Positions 44,765 through 52,314 of a DNA stretch of 52,314 nt are shown here, piece after piece. Both the position numbers and the translations under genes were made by a program. The DNA is taken from IMG/VR virus record IMGVR_UViG_3300047472_000248, positions 1 to 52,314 of that record, one strand, 5' to 3'. The notes under the pieces were generated by a model. The model made no database searches, was not told where the DNA came from, and saw only the letters and a list, made by a program, of their open reading frames with translations. How positions within the stretch are numbered: the first letter of the stretch is position 1; the number at the start of each line of letters is the position of its first letter. Origin of the DNA: a virus. Lineage: Duplodnaviria > Heunggongvirae > Uroviricota > Caudoviricetes.

Positions 44765-46426
44765 ATGCGCCAAGCACTGAACCTTGGAGGGGGCATCGTC
44801 GTCGACACGACGACCGCAACGGCATCTGGCGGTGGCCTGCTGGATTTCGCGCTGAACTACGTCGCGCGAATTGCCAACTTCGGCTCGTCGGCCGCCGACT
44901 CGCGCGTCGGCACGGCTCGCATGTTCTGGCGTGCCAGCACGCTCTACAAGCTCAATGCCATTCGCAGCAATGGCGGCAACCTCTACCAGGCAACGCAGGC
45001 GGGGACTTCTGCTGTCTCTGGCGGCCCGACGGGCACGACCACTGCGAACGATGGCACGGTGGTGTGGACCTACATCGGCGCGGACCCCGATCGGTGGCAG
45101 GCAAGCCACGACTATTCGGCAGCAGCTGCCGGCACGGTGGTCACCAACCTGGGCGCCCAGTATCGCCTAGTGACGCCCGGCACGAGTGCCGCAAGTGGCG
45201 GACCGAACGCGAACAACACGAACATCACGGATAACACCTGTGTCTGGGCGCGCATCAGCCAGTATTTCGTCGACACGGTCAACGGCAGCGATGCGAATGC
45301 CGGCACAGACAGCATGCTGTCCAAGAAGACGCTGCCGACGGCGCCAACCCAACTGACGCCCAATGTCAAATACTGGATTGCCGCAGGTTCCGAGCTGCCC
45401 CTTAGCTCGCTGAATCGCACCGGTGGGCTTTACTACGCCCAGCCGTGGAGCATCGTCACCGTCTACGACACCGCGACTGGAAACGAGGTGCGCACGCACC
45501 CAAACTACTACCTGCGCCACCTCAACTCGGGCACCGCCGGTGGGCCGACGGCTGCAGAGTTGAAGTCGAAATACTTCACGATCAGGGGTGACGCGAACAG
45601 CACACTCGGTTCGGCAATTGCCGCTGCGGGCACGCCGACGGCCGGCGCGGGTGGCACTGCTGGTGGTGGGTCTGCGCTGCTGCGCGGCGCTTACATCACG
45701 GGCTGCCCGATCGGTGTGAACTGCCAGGGCACCACGAATGCCATCTGGCGTGTCGAGGACTGCGTGCTGGTGAACAACGGGTCGCAGCACGAGGCTTTCA
45801 CTGGGGCGCCCGCTGGCGGCTCTAACTTGCGTCTGGAGGGTGCAGGCATCGGCAGCTCGTTCGCTCGTCTCTACATCCAGGCAGACGGCTACGGAGAAGA
45901 CAGTATCTGGATGTCCGTCGCGACCCAGCCAAAGAACTGGACCTTTACGGACGTCGTGATCCGTCACCGGCCAGCCCAGGTCATGAACTCGGCACACAGC
46001 GACGGCATCCAGTTTGGCCGCTACCCTGGTAATGCGACGCTGCGCCGGGTGATCATCGAGCACGTCATGCCTGAAACCGACCTGTTTGATTCAGGTCTCG
46101 GCGTCGACCCTGTTGGCGCAGCACTGATCATGGATGGCTCTGGCACTGCCGGAACCAATGGACTCGTCATCGAGGACTGCATCTTCGCGAGCAACCTGCT
46201 CGCGCTCAACATGCAGGACACATTCACGATGCGCCGCAGTCTGAACTACGTGCGCAAGCTCGCTCGTGATCAGACCGCTCGGGTCGGAGCTCTTAACAAT
46301 GCCAATCCGACGATGGATGGCTGTCTGAACGTTCTGGTGAATGCGAACAGCGATGCCGACGCGCTCTATCTTGGCGCGGGCCCCACAGCGACCGGAGCTG
46401 GTTTCATCGAAGCGCTGACGAGCTGA
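44765..46426 (+). CDS. Tailspike/depolymerase-like protein (two CBM-like repeats plus a right-handed beta-helix)
   Basis: Repeats W.AS..Y.........Y.....GTSA.SGGP.......D.T.VW; YFVDTVNGSDAN.G beta-helix cap; HSDGIQF. Confidence 0.7.
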   Translation: MRQALNLGGGIVVDTTTATASGGGLLDFALNYVARIANFGSSAADSRVGTARMFWRASTLYKLNAIRSNGGNLYQATQAGTSAVSGGPTGTTTANDGTVVWTYIGADPDRWQASHDYSAAAAGTVVTNLGAQYRLVTPGTSAASGGPNANNTNITDNTCVWARISQYFVDTVNGSDANAGTDSMLSKKTLPTAPTQLTPNVKYWIAAGSELPLSSLNRTGGLYYAQPWSIVTVYDTATGNEVRTHPNYYLRHLNSGTAGGPTAAELKSKYFTIRGDANSTLGSAIAAAGTPTAGAGGTAGGGSALLRGAYITGCPIGVNCQGTTNAIWRVEDCVLVNNGSQHEAFTGAPAGGSNLRLEGAGIGSSFARLYIQADGYGEDSIWMSVATQPKNWTFTDVVIRHRPAQVMNSAHSDGIQFGRYPGNATLRRVIIEHVMPETDLFDSGLGVDPVGAALIMDGSGTAGTNGLVIEDCIFASNLLALNMQDTFTMRRSLNYVRKLARDQTARVGALNNANPTMDGCLNVLVNANSDADALYLGAGPTATGAGFIEALTS

Positions 46427-46428
46427 CT

Positions 46429-47202
46429 ATGCGCCAAACAATCGATCTCGGCGCAGGTGTGAGCGTCGCTGTAAGCACCACCGAAACGGGCGGGGGTTCT
46501 GCACCTGCCAACACGGTGACCTATGCCGGCGGCCAGCTGCAGGCCAATGGTGCCGCGATCGACCTCGCCGGCACCATTGCCTTCGATGAAGACGGCACCT
46601 ACCCGGCGGGCTCGCTGCCGGACAAGGTGCAAGACCTCGACAGCTTCGCGCACGACGCCGTCGGGGCGAGCGGCCAGATCATGGTCTCGGACCCCGACGT
46701 CAATGGCGTGGTCACGCTCAGCCTATCGCCCACGATGGTCGCGCCCGGCAGCCTGAACGTCACCGGACAGCTGAGGGGCAAGGGCACTTCGACCAACGAC
46801 GATGCCGCTACCGGTGAGATCGGCGAATACTGGGAGCAAACCCTCGGGTCGGCTTCAGCGGTCGCCCTGACGACCGGCACGGCCGCCACGGTGGTCAGCA
46901 AGCTGCTGCCGGCAGGCGACTGGGACGTCTCCGGGATGATCGGCTTCTTTCCGGCCGGCACAACGACCGTGACGGCGGTCGCCGGCGGCATCAGCACCAA
47001 CGCAGCCCAGCTTCCGAACGAGCTCTACCAGACCCTGCAGTCGCGTCCGTCTGGCGTCGTGACGGGCAAGCCTTCGATGGCGGCCCCGACCCGCCGCGTC
47101 ACCTCGGACGGCACGGTCACGATCTACCTGACAGGGCAGAGCAACTTCGCCGTCAGCACCATGGGTGCCTTCGGCATTCTGCGCGGCCGCCGCGTGCGCT
47201 GA
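46429..47202 (+). CDS. Fibre/adaptor protein B, paralogue of the C-terminal part of fibre A
   Basis: DEDGTYP.GS...APGS..VTG.L.G.GT.TND.A..G.IGE...GDW...RRVR aligns by eye with 32128..33072. Confidence 0.75.
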   Translation: MRQTIDLGAGVSVAVSTTETGGGSAPANTVTYAGGQLQANGAAIDLAGTIAFDEDGTYPAGSLPDKVQDLDSFAHDAVGASGQIMVSDPDVNGVVTLSLSPTMVAPGSLNVTGQLRGKGTSTNDDAATGEIGEYWEQTLGSASAVALTTGTAATVVSKLLPAGDWDVSGMIGFFPAGTTTVTAVAGGISTNAAQLPNELYQTLQSRPSGVVTGKPSMAAPTRRVTSDGTVTIYLTGQSNFAVSTMGAFGILRGRRVR

Positions 47203-48305
47203 TGGCCCGCATGCTCTGGCGGCCGAAGCCGTCCGCACTTGCCACGTTGCTGCGCAACCAGTTGCTGCCGCAGGCTGCGGCTCCTGGCTCGACCTGGAGT
47301 GCCAATCCCTACGACCTGATCGTGCCCGATGTGCCGATCCAGAACGTCATTGCGATGTTCCACGGCGCGGGCGGCACGAAGGAGATCTACTCGCACCAGT
47401 GGCTGATCTGGAACGGCGGCTCGGTGCCGACGATGAACAACATCTACTGGGCCTTGCTGCGCGCAACCGGCACGGCGGTGATCATCTTTCAGGGCAGCTA
47501 CTGCAACCCGGACAACTACGGCAACCCCAAGGTTGCCAACACCGCGAGCGACAACCTCCGGAATCCCTGGAACGTCACCGCGATCGCACAAGGTCCGCAG
47601 AACACCACGACCTGGCAGAACGGGGCGATGAACTGCGGCTCCGACACCGTGGGCATGCTGAACGACCTGGTGCCCTGGCTGCGCACGCGCTTCCCTGGCG
47701 CCAAGCTGATCCATGCCGGCCAGAGCAACGGCGGCATGCTGGGCTCGCAGCAGTATCTGCTTCAGACCGAGGCATGCCACTTCGACCTCATCGCACCCAC
47801 GAGCGGCCCGACTGCCATCTCGCACATCGACAAGACGCCCATCTACCCGGTGCCGTTCGTGTCGATGATCGGCGGCAAGGATGGCACGCTCGACGTCGCC
47901 GGCGGTCACTTCCGGGACGACCTCTGGACCGGCAACACCCGCAGCGTCGCAGATGTGGCATACGTGCCCAACAGCGGCCTCTGGCCACTGCAGCAGTGGA
48001 TCGGTGAGTGGAAGCGCTTCGGGCAGCGCGTGAACTGGTATCGCGCTGCCAAGGGCCTGTCGCCCCAGACGATTGCCTTCGAAGACGGCGTGACGAAGAA
48101 CGTCGTCACGGGCGCGCCGGCGGCATTCGACAGCACGGGTTCGTGGACGGTCTGGCAAGACAGCAGCGGCATGAACCAGCTCGTCTACTGGCCGGACTCC
48201 GACCACGGCGAGGCGGCGATGCAGACCTCGCTTGCCACAGCACCGGGGCAGCCCGCAACCCTCCTCGAATACTACACGCGGTTCGCCGCCACGCTGCCCG
48301 CCTGA
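47202..48305 (+). CDS. Alpha/beta-hydrolase esterase B (LpqC/PHB-depolymerase-like)
   Basis: MFHGAGG oxyanion segment, GQSNG elbow, IGGKD and DSDH; TGATG-coupled to fibre B. Confidence 0.78.
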   Translation: MARMLWRPKPSALATLLRNQLLPQAAAPGSTWSANPYDLIVPDVPIQNVIAMFHGAGGTKEIYSHQWLIWNGGSVPTMNNIYWALLRATGTAVIIFQGSYCNPDNYGNPKVANTASDNLRNPWNVTAIAQGPQNTTTWQNGAMNCGSDTVGMLNDLVPWLRTRFPGAKLIHAGQSNGGMLGSQQYLLQTEACHFDLIAPTSGPTAISHIDKTPIYPVPFVSMIGGKDGTLDVAGGHFRDDLWTGNTRSVADVAYVPNSGLWPLQQWIGEWKRFGQRVNWYRAAKGLSPQTIAFEDGVTKNVVTGAPAAFDSTGSWTVWQDSSGMNQLVYWPDSDHGEAAMQTSLATAPGQPATLLEYYTRFAATLPA

Positions 48306-48311
48306 TGGTAA

Positions 48312-48323
48312 GTCAGCGCTGAC
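48312..48323. promoter_or_regulatory. Operator (#17)
   Basis: GTAAGTCAGcgCTGACT upstream of phoH. Confidence 0.85.
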
Positions 48324-48365
48324 TGTGCCAGAATGGGATGACGACCTCACAAGGACCATCCCTTC

Positions 48366-49094
48366 ATGGCAAAGCGCAAGCAAGTGGCTCCCCGTGGTAG
48401 AACTTCCCGGCACGAGGTCGACGCCGGCACCGAAGCTCTCCTGACCCCCATGTCCCGCGCACCCGCGCGACAGCCCCTCGAGGCACGCTCTGAGACCCAG
48501 AAGCGCTACATCAGCGCGATCAAGTCCCACGACGTGATCTTCGGGATCGGCCCCGCCGGCGGCGGCAAGACCTACGTGCCGACCGCCCTGGCTGCCGAAG
48601 CCCTCATGGACAAGCGCATCGAGCGCATCGTGATCACCCGCCCCGCGGTGGAGTGCGACGAGCAGTTCGGCTTCATCCCTGGCGAGATCGAGGACAAATA
48701 CGAGCCCTACCTGCAGCCGTTCCGGCAGACCTTCATCGAGCGCATGGGCAAGGGCCCGTTCGAATACGCCCTGAAGGCCGGCCGCATCGCGCCCATGCCG
48801 CTGGCCTTCATGCGCGGCATCACCTTCAACGACTGCTGGGTCCTGCTGGACGAGGCACAGAACCTGACCCACAAGCAGTTCAAGATGTTCCTCACCCGCA
48901 TCGGGGAGAACTGCAAGGTCATCATCTCTGGCGATCCGGACCAGGACGACATCGGTGGTGGGGGCCTCCCTGATGCAGTGCGTCGCACCAGCTCGATCCG
49001 GGGTTTCAAGGTGGTGGAGTTCACGGTGAAAGACGTGGTCCGCTCCGGGATCTGCATGGAGGTCTTGAAGGCCTACGAGACGCCTCGCGGGTGA
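48366..49094 (+). CDS. phoH: PhoH-family ATPase
   Basis: GPAGGGKT, TRPAVE...GFIPG, PLAFMRG.TF, LDEAQN and SGDPDQ.D motifs. Confidence 0.95.
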   Translation: MAKRKQVAPRGRTSRHEVDAGTEALLTPMSRAPARQPLEARSETQKRYISAIKSHDVIFGIGPAGGGKTYVPTALAAEALMDKRIERIVITRPAVECDEQFGFIPGEIEDKYEPYLQPFRQTFIERMGKGPFEYALKAGRIAPMPLAFMRGITFNDCWVLLDEAQNLTHKQFKMFLTRIGENCKVIISGDPDQDDIGGGGLPDAVRRTSSIRGFKVVEFTVKDVVRSGICMEVLKAYETPRG

Positions 49095-49102
49095 TGTGGC
49101 TG

Positions 49103-49129
49103 AGTTAATGAAAAGTGGGTTTTCACAGT
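49103..49129 (+). repeat. 27-bp direct repeat, copy 2
   Basis: Identical to 10307-10333; lies in an AT-rich island. Confidence 0.9.
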
Positions 49130-49176
49130 TAAACCCCTTTCAATAATTCAGAACACCTAAACCCATAAACGCGCGC

Positions 49177-49851
49177 ATGAGGCACACAACCGAGGAGCTG
49201 GAGACCCTGGCGCTGCAGATCCATCCCGACCACCGGGCCGGCGAAGCAGCGCTCCTTCGAACGCGGTGGTTCGACTACCACCAGATGCACCCCGTAGAGG
49301 CCACCTACCACTACGCGGCCGCATACGTCGAGCAGACCCGGCTGTGGGTCGAGAAGACGATCGACGCCGGCGAGCCCGAGCGCCCCCGGCCGTTCACGCC
49401 AGACGACATCTTCAAGTCTCGCGACCTGACCTCGATGTGGCTCGCGCGCAGGGCTGCTGACGCGCTGGGCATCCCCTACAACTTCGTGATGCAGTTCACG
49501 GCAGACCGCGCCCTGGTGCGCTACTTCTCGCGCTTCCCGCGGCCCAACATGCTCTACGGCGAGGAGTTCGAGGGCGACCTGGCCGATGCGTGGAAGCTCC
49601 GGCTGAGCCAGAGCATGGTGTGGGGCACGCACCCCAACCTGCACGCCTCGAAGTTCGCCTTCCAGGCCGAGCAAGAGCGCCACCTCGGCTTCGTCGTCGA
49701 CCAGGTGCGCACCCGGCCGGCCCCGCAGCACCGTCTGCTGGCTCGCCTGCTGCACGAGGACGTTCTGAACGAGACCCAGGTTGCCATGCACTTCGGCGAC
49801 CGGATGCTGGACGATGCCCGGCGGTATGCAGGCACCCTTGTCGCGGCGTAA
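49177..49851 (+). CDS. Hypothetical protein upstream of the replication genes
   Basis: 224 aa, normal codon use, first gene after the AT-rich island. Confidence 0.75.
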   Translation: MRHTTEELETLALQIHPDHRAGEAALLRTRWFDYHQMHPVEATYHYAAAYVEQTRLWVEKTIDAGEPERPRPFTPDDIFKSRDLTSMWLARRAADALGIPYNFVMQFTADRALVRYFSRFPRPNMLYGEEFEGDLADAWKLRLSQSMVWGTHPNLHASKFAFQAEQERHLGFVVDQVRTRPAPQHRLLARLLHEDVLNETQVAMHFGDRMLDDARRYAGTLVAA

Positions 49852-49859
49852 TGCAGTAA

Positions 49860-49871
49860 GTCAGCCCTGAC
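49860..49871. promoter_or_regulatory. Operator (#18)
   Basis: GTAAGTCAGccCTGACT, directly followed by TATAAT (49872-49877), upstream of the hfq-like gene and dnaB. Confidence 0.85.
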
Positions 49872-49922
49872 TATAATCGACCCGAGGGCAGCGATGCCCA
49901 GTGCCACCTCCCAGGAGCTTTT

Positions 49923-50255
49923 ATGAACCGAGAAACACTCACGCTGCCCGATGCAGCCGTCCGCCAGGACCAGGCCCGATACGCGCAGCGCGCAGACGAA
50001 CGTCCGGCTGAGCGCCCCAAGAAGAAGTTCAAGGCCGTGGGCCACGACATCCAGCTGGAGCAGGCGCAATTCAACAAGTTCCCCACGACGATCTACGTCG
50101 AGGGCGAGGACTTCACCGGGGTCATCACGCGGCGTGACAAGTTCACGATCACGCTGGCCTACGAGACGATCACCGGCAGCCCGGTCGAAGAGATCTTCTA
50201 CAAGCACGCCATCGAGCGCGTGCGCATCGAACGGAACACGCAAGGGGCGAACTGA
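49923..50255 (+). CDS. hfq: Hfq-like Sm/LSm-fold RNA-binding protein
   Basis: TIYVEG...FTGVITRRDKFTITL (Sm1) and IFYKHAI (Sm2; the YKHAI signature of Hfq); AGGAG RBS. Confidence 0.75.
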   Translation: MNRETLTLPDAAVRQDQARYAQRADERPAERPKKKFKAVGHDIQLEQAQFNKFPTTIYVEGEDFTGVITRRDKFTITLAYETITGSPVEEIFYKHAIERVRIERNTQGAN

Positions 50256-51628
50256 TGTCGGCAGTTGCAGCGGTGCCGGCAACCCTGCCGGCGGGCGTAG
50301 CGTTGCCGGAGGAAGAGCCAGTCGCATACGACTTCGACGAGGCCTTCCAGACGAAGATCGCGGCGCTCTTGATGCGCGACACCAAGTTCGCGCAGATGAC
50401 GGACGGACTCGTTCACGAGTCCTACTTCGAGAACACGGCAACCGGCGCCGTCGTCAAGGTGGTCAACCGCTACTTCGAGAAGTGGCGCAAGGCCCCGGGC
50501 GACAAGGTCACCATGAAGAAGGTGATGGGCGATGCGATCCGCGATCGCATGCTCCCGCCCGAGATCGCCAAGATGGCCATCGCGGTCATCCCGGGCCTCT
50601 ACGAGACGGACGTCTCCGACCGCGACTACGTGGCCGACGAGGTCGCGACCTTCGCCCGCCACCAGGCCACCGCGAAGGCCATTCTCGAGGCCGTGGAGCT
50701 GATCGAGAAGCGCGACTTCGCGTCCATCGGCACGCTGGTGCGCAAGGCCCTGGACACGGGCGTGCAGGTCAGCCACGGCGCCTACAACTACGGCGAGATG
50801 GTGGCCGCGCGGACGCTGGAGCGCAAGGAACGCGCCGCCGGCACCCTCGCGCCCACCGGGATCACGAGCGGCTATGCGGCGCTCGACGACTACCTGTATC
50901 ACAAGGGCTGGGGCCGCGGCGAGCTGGGCGTGCTGATGGGCGCCGCGAAGGCAGGCAAGTCCATGTCGCTGCTGACCTTCGGGGTCAACGCGATCGCCGC
51001 CGGCTACCGCACGCTCTACATCACGCTGGAGGTGTCGAGCAAGATCCTCGCGGACCGCCTCGACGCGAACGTCTCCGAGCGGGCCATGTTCGAGCTGGGC
51101 AGCCACCCGCACGAGGTCGAGGAGAAGGTCAGCGCCTTCATGGCGAAGGCAGCGCCCTTCATCATCCACGAGTTCCCGACGGGGACGATGAAGGCGTCGG
51201 ACCTGCGCCGGCTGATCGAGCACTACAAGTCGCAGGGCATGGTGTTCGACCTGGTCCTGGTGGACTATGCCGACCTGATGGCGCCGGAGCGGGTGACCGA
51301 CAACATCCAGGAGAACAGCAAGTCCGTCTACGTCAACCTGCGCGGCCTGGCCATGCAGGAAGGCTTCGCGATGCTGACTGCGACGCAGACGAACCGCGAG
51401 GGTGCCAAGAAGGCCGTCGCGACCATGACCGACGTGGCGGAGGACTTCAACAAGATCCGCATCGCCGACGTCGTCATCTCCATCAACAAGACCGAAGAAG
51501 AGGCCAGGCTCAAACAGGCACGCCTCTACTTCGCCGCGTGCCGCAACCAGCGGTCGGGCTTCACCGTGCGCATCGAGCAGGACATCGATCGGGCGCGCTT
51601 CATCAGCAAGATCCTCGGAGAAGAATGA
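50255..51628 (+). CDS. dnaB: DnaB-family replicative helicase
   Basis: GAAKAGKS Walker A, YITLE, VLVDYADL Walker B, TATQTNR and ACRNQ motifs. Confidence 0.93.
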   Translation: MSAVAAVPATLPAGVALPEEEPVAYDFDEAFQTKIAALLMRDTKFAQMTDGLVHESYFENTATGAVVKVVNRYFEKWRKAPGDKVTMKKVMGDAIRDRMLPPEIAKMAIAVIPGLYETDVSDRDYVADEVATFARHQATAKAILEAVELIEKRDFASIGTLVRKALDTGVQVSHGAYNYGEMVAARTLERKERAAGTLAPTGITSGYAALDDYLYHKGWGRGELGVLMGAAKAGKSMSLLTFGVNAIAAGYRTLYITLEVSSKILADRLDANVSERAMFELGSHPHEVEEKVSAFMAKAAPFIIHEFPTGTMKASDLRRLIEHYKSQGMVFDLVLVDYADLMAPERVTDNIQENSKSVYVNLRGLAMQEGFAMLTATQTNREGAKKAVATMTDVAEDFNKIRIADVVISINKTEEEARLKQARLYFAACRNQRSGFTVRIEQDIDRARFISKILGEE

Positions 51629-51967
51629 ATGTCGCAAAAACCTCACAAGGCGCTGGTGCAGTTCACCCGCGTCTATGGCACCTACGGTGGCGGTGACGAT
51701 CGTCGCGCGCCCGACGTCTTGGAAGGCTACGCGTCGACTCGTGGCGCTGCAGAGGAGGCCGGCAGGGGCCGCGGTTGGTATGGCGGCCCAGGACGGGTCA
51801 CCGAGGAAGAGGCAGTCGTCATCGATGGCAAGGTTTTCGTTCTTCGGTATGCCGACCCCATCGACCTGGACAGCACAAAGAAGGCCGCCGATGCAAAGCT
51901 GCGCGAGGAGACTATCGCGTCGCTCACAGCCGAACAGAAACGTGTTCTCGGACTATTGGAGAAGTGA
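51629..51967 (+). CDS. Hypothetical protein
   Basis: 112 aa, abutting dnaB. Confidence 0.55.
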   Translation: MSQKPHKALVQFTRVYGTYGGGDDRRAPDVLEGYASTRGAAEEAGRGRGWYGGPGRVTEEEAVVIDGKVFVLRYADPIDLDSTKKAADAKLREETIASLTAEQKRVLGLLEK

Positions 51968-52290
51968 TGGAAGACCAGAAGCAAGACGACCAGATGGTCA
52001 ACGTTCGCGTGCCCGACGCCGGCCCAGTGATCGGCTACGTGAGCGTGCGAGGCCTGCAGGCTCTCGTCAAGGGCACGCCGTGCACCCTGGCGGCGCGCCA
52101 GGCCGGCATCAACGTCGTCCCGATCGTGGGCAAGCGCATCGCCGACCAGGTGGTGGCCAACCACTTCGCGGCCGCCATGAAGCTGGGCGAGGCCGTCGTC
52201 GCGATCCGTAAGGCCTGTGAAGAGGTCGCGCCGGGCGAAGCGATGGATGCGATCACTCGCATCCGCGAGCTGGCCAAGCTGGGGGCGTGA
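51967..52290 (+). CDS. Hypothetical protein
   Basis: TGATG-coupled start at 51967; another ATG at 52290 starts a gene that runs off the window. Confidence 0.55.
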   Translation: MEDQKQDDQMVNVRVPDAGPVIGYVSVRGLQALVKGTPCTLAARQAGINVVPIVGKRIADQVVANHFAAAMKLGEAVVAIRKACEEVAPGEAMDAITRIRELAKLGA

Positions 52291-52314
52291 TGCAAGTCAC
52301 CAAAAGCGAATCGA

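Larger units (their letters stand above)
1..52314. mobile_element. Tailed dsDNA phage genome segment (siphovirus-type), possibly an SSU5/pHCM2-like phage-plasmid
   Basis: Complete morphogenesis series (TerS, TerL, portal, scaffold, capsid, tail tube, chaperones, tape measure, tail tip), lysis cassette, helicases and PhoH; no host housekeeping genes. Family assignment is recalled similarity and is unverified. Confidence 0.93.

Noticed and set aside
32128-47202. Diversity-generating retroelement or invertible fibre cassette
   Set aside because: No reverse transcriptase or invertase, and I saw no near-identical nucleotide repeats; the paralogy is only at the protein level.
2175-49871. GTCAG palindromes as a CRISPR array or recombination sites
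   Set aside because: They are dispersed with irregular spacing, there are no spacers or cas genes, the central dinucleotide varies, and no recombinase is in the window.

Overview
The whole window is one GC-rich (roughly two-thirds G+C by eye) tailed-phage genome segment with a lambda-like non-contractile tail. Left to right: a leftward early block with an SF2 helicase; a rightward block with two ParB/Srx-like proteins, an ABC-type ATPase, an Ntn-hydrolase, a thioredoxin, a GNAT-like protein and a winged-HTH protein; an AT-rich control region; terminase, portal, scaffold, capsid, head-tail, tail, tape measure and tail tip (M/L/K/I-J-like) genes; a large set of fibre, appendage and enzyme genes; the lysis cassette; a metallophosphoesterase; a second receptor-binding cassette; PhoH; an Hfq-like gene and a DnaB-type helicase. 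Gene content and order resemble my recollection of SSU5/pHCM2-like phage-plasmids, but in a high-GC host, probably Betaproteobacteria (inference; no integrase or rep gene lies in this window). The strongest non-gene signal is a palindrome, (A)GTCAG-NN-CTGAC(T), present 17 times exactly plus one 1-mismatch copy, almost all at operon junctions and often overlapping sigma70-like promoters. Other highlights: a phage Hfq homologue, a ParB-ABC-GNAT module next to the terminase, two paralogous fibre+esterase modules, a 27-bp repeat shared by two AT-rich islands, and a tRNA-like structured RNA candidate. All product calls come from motifs read by eye; no database searches were run.
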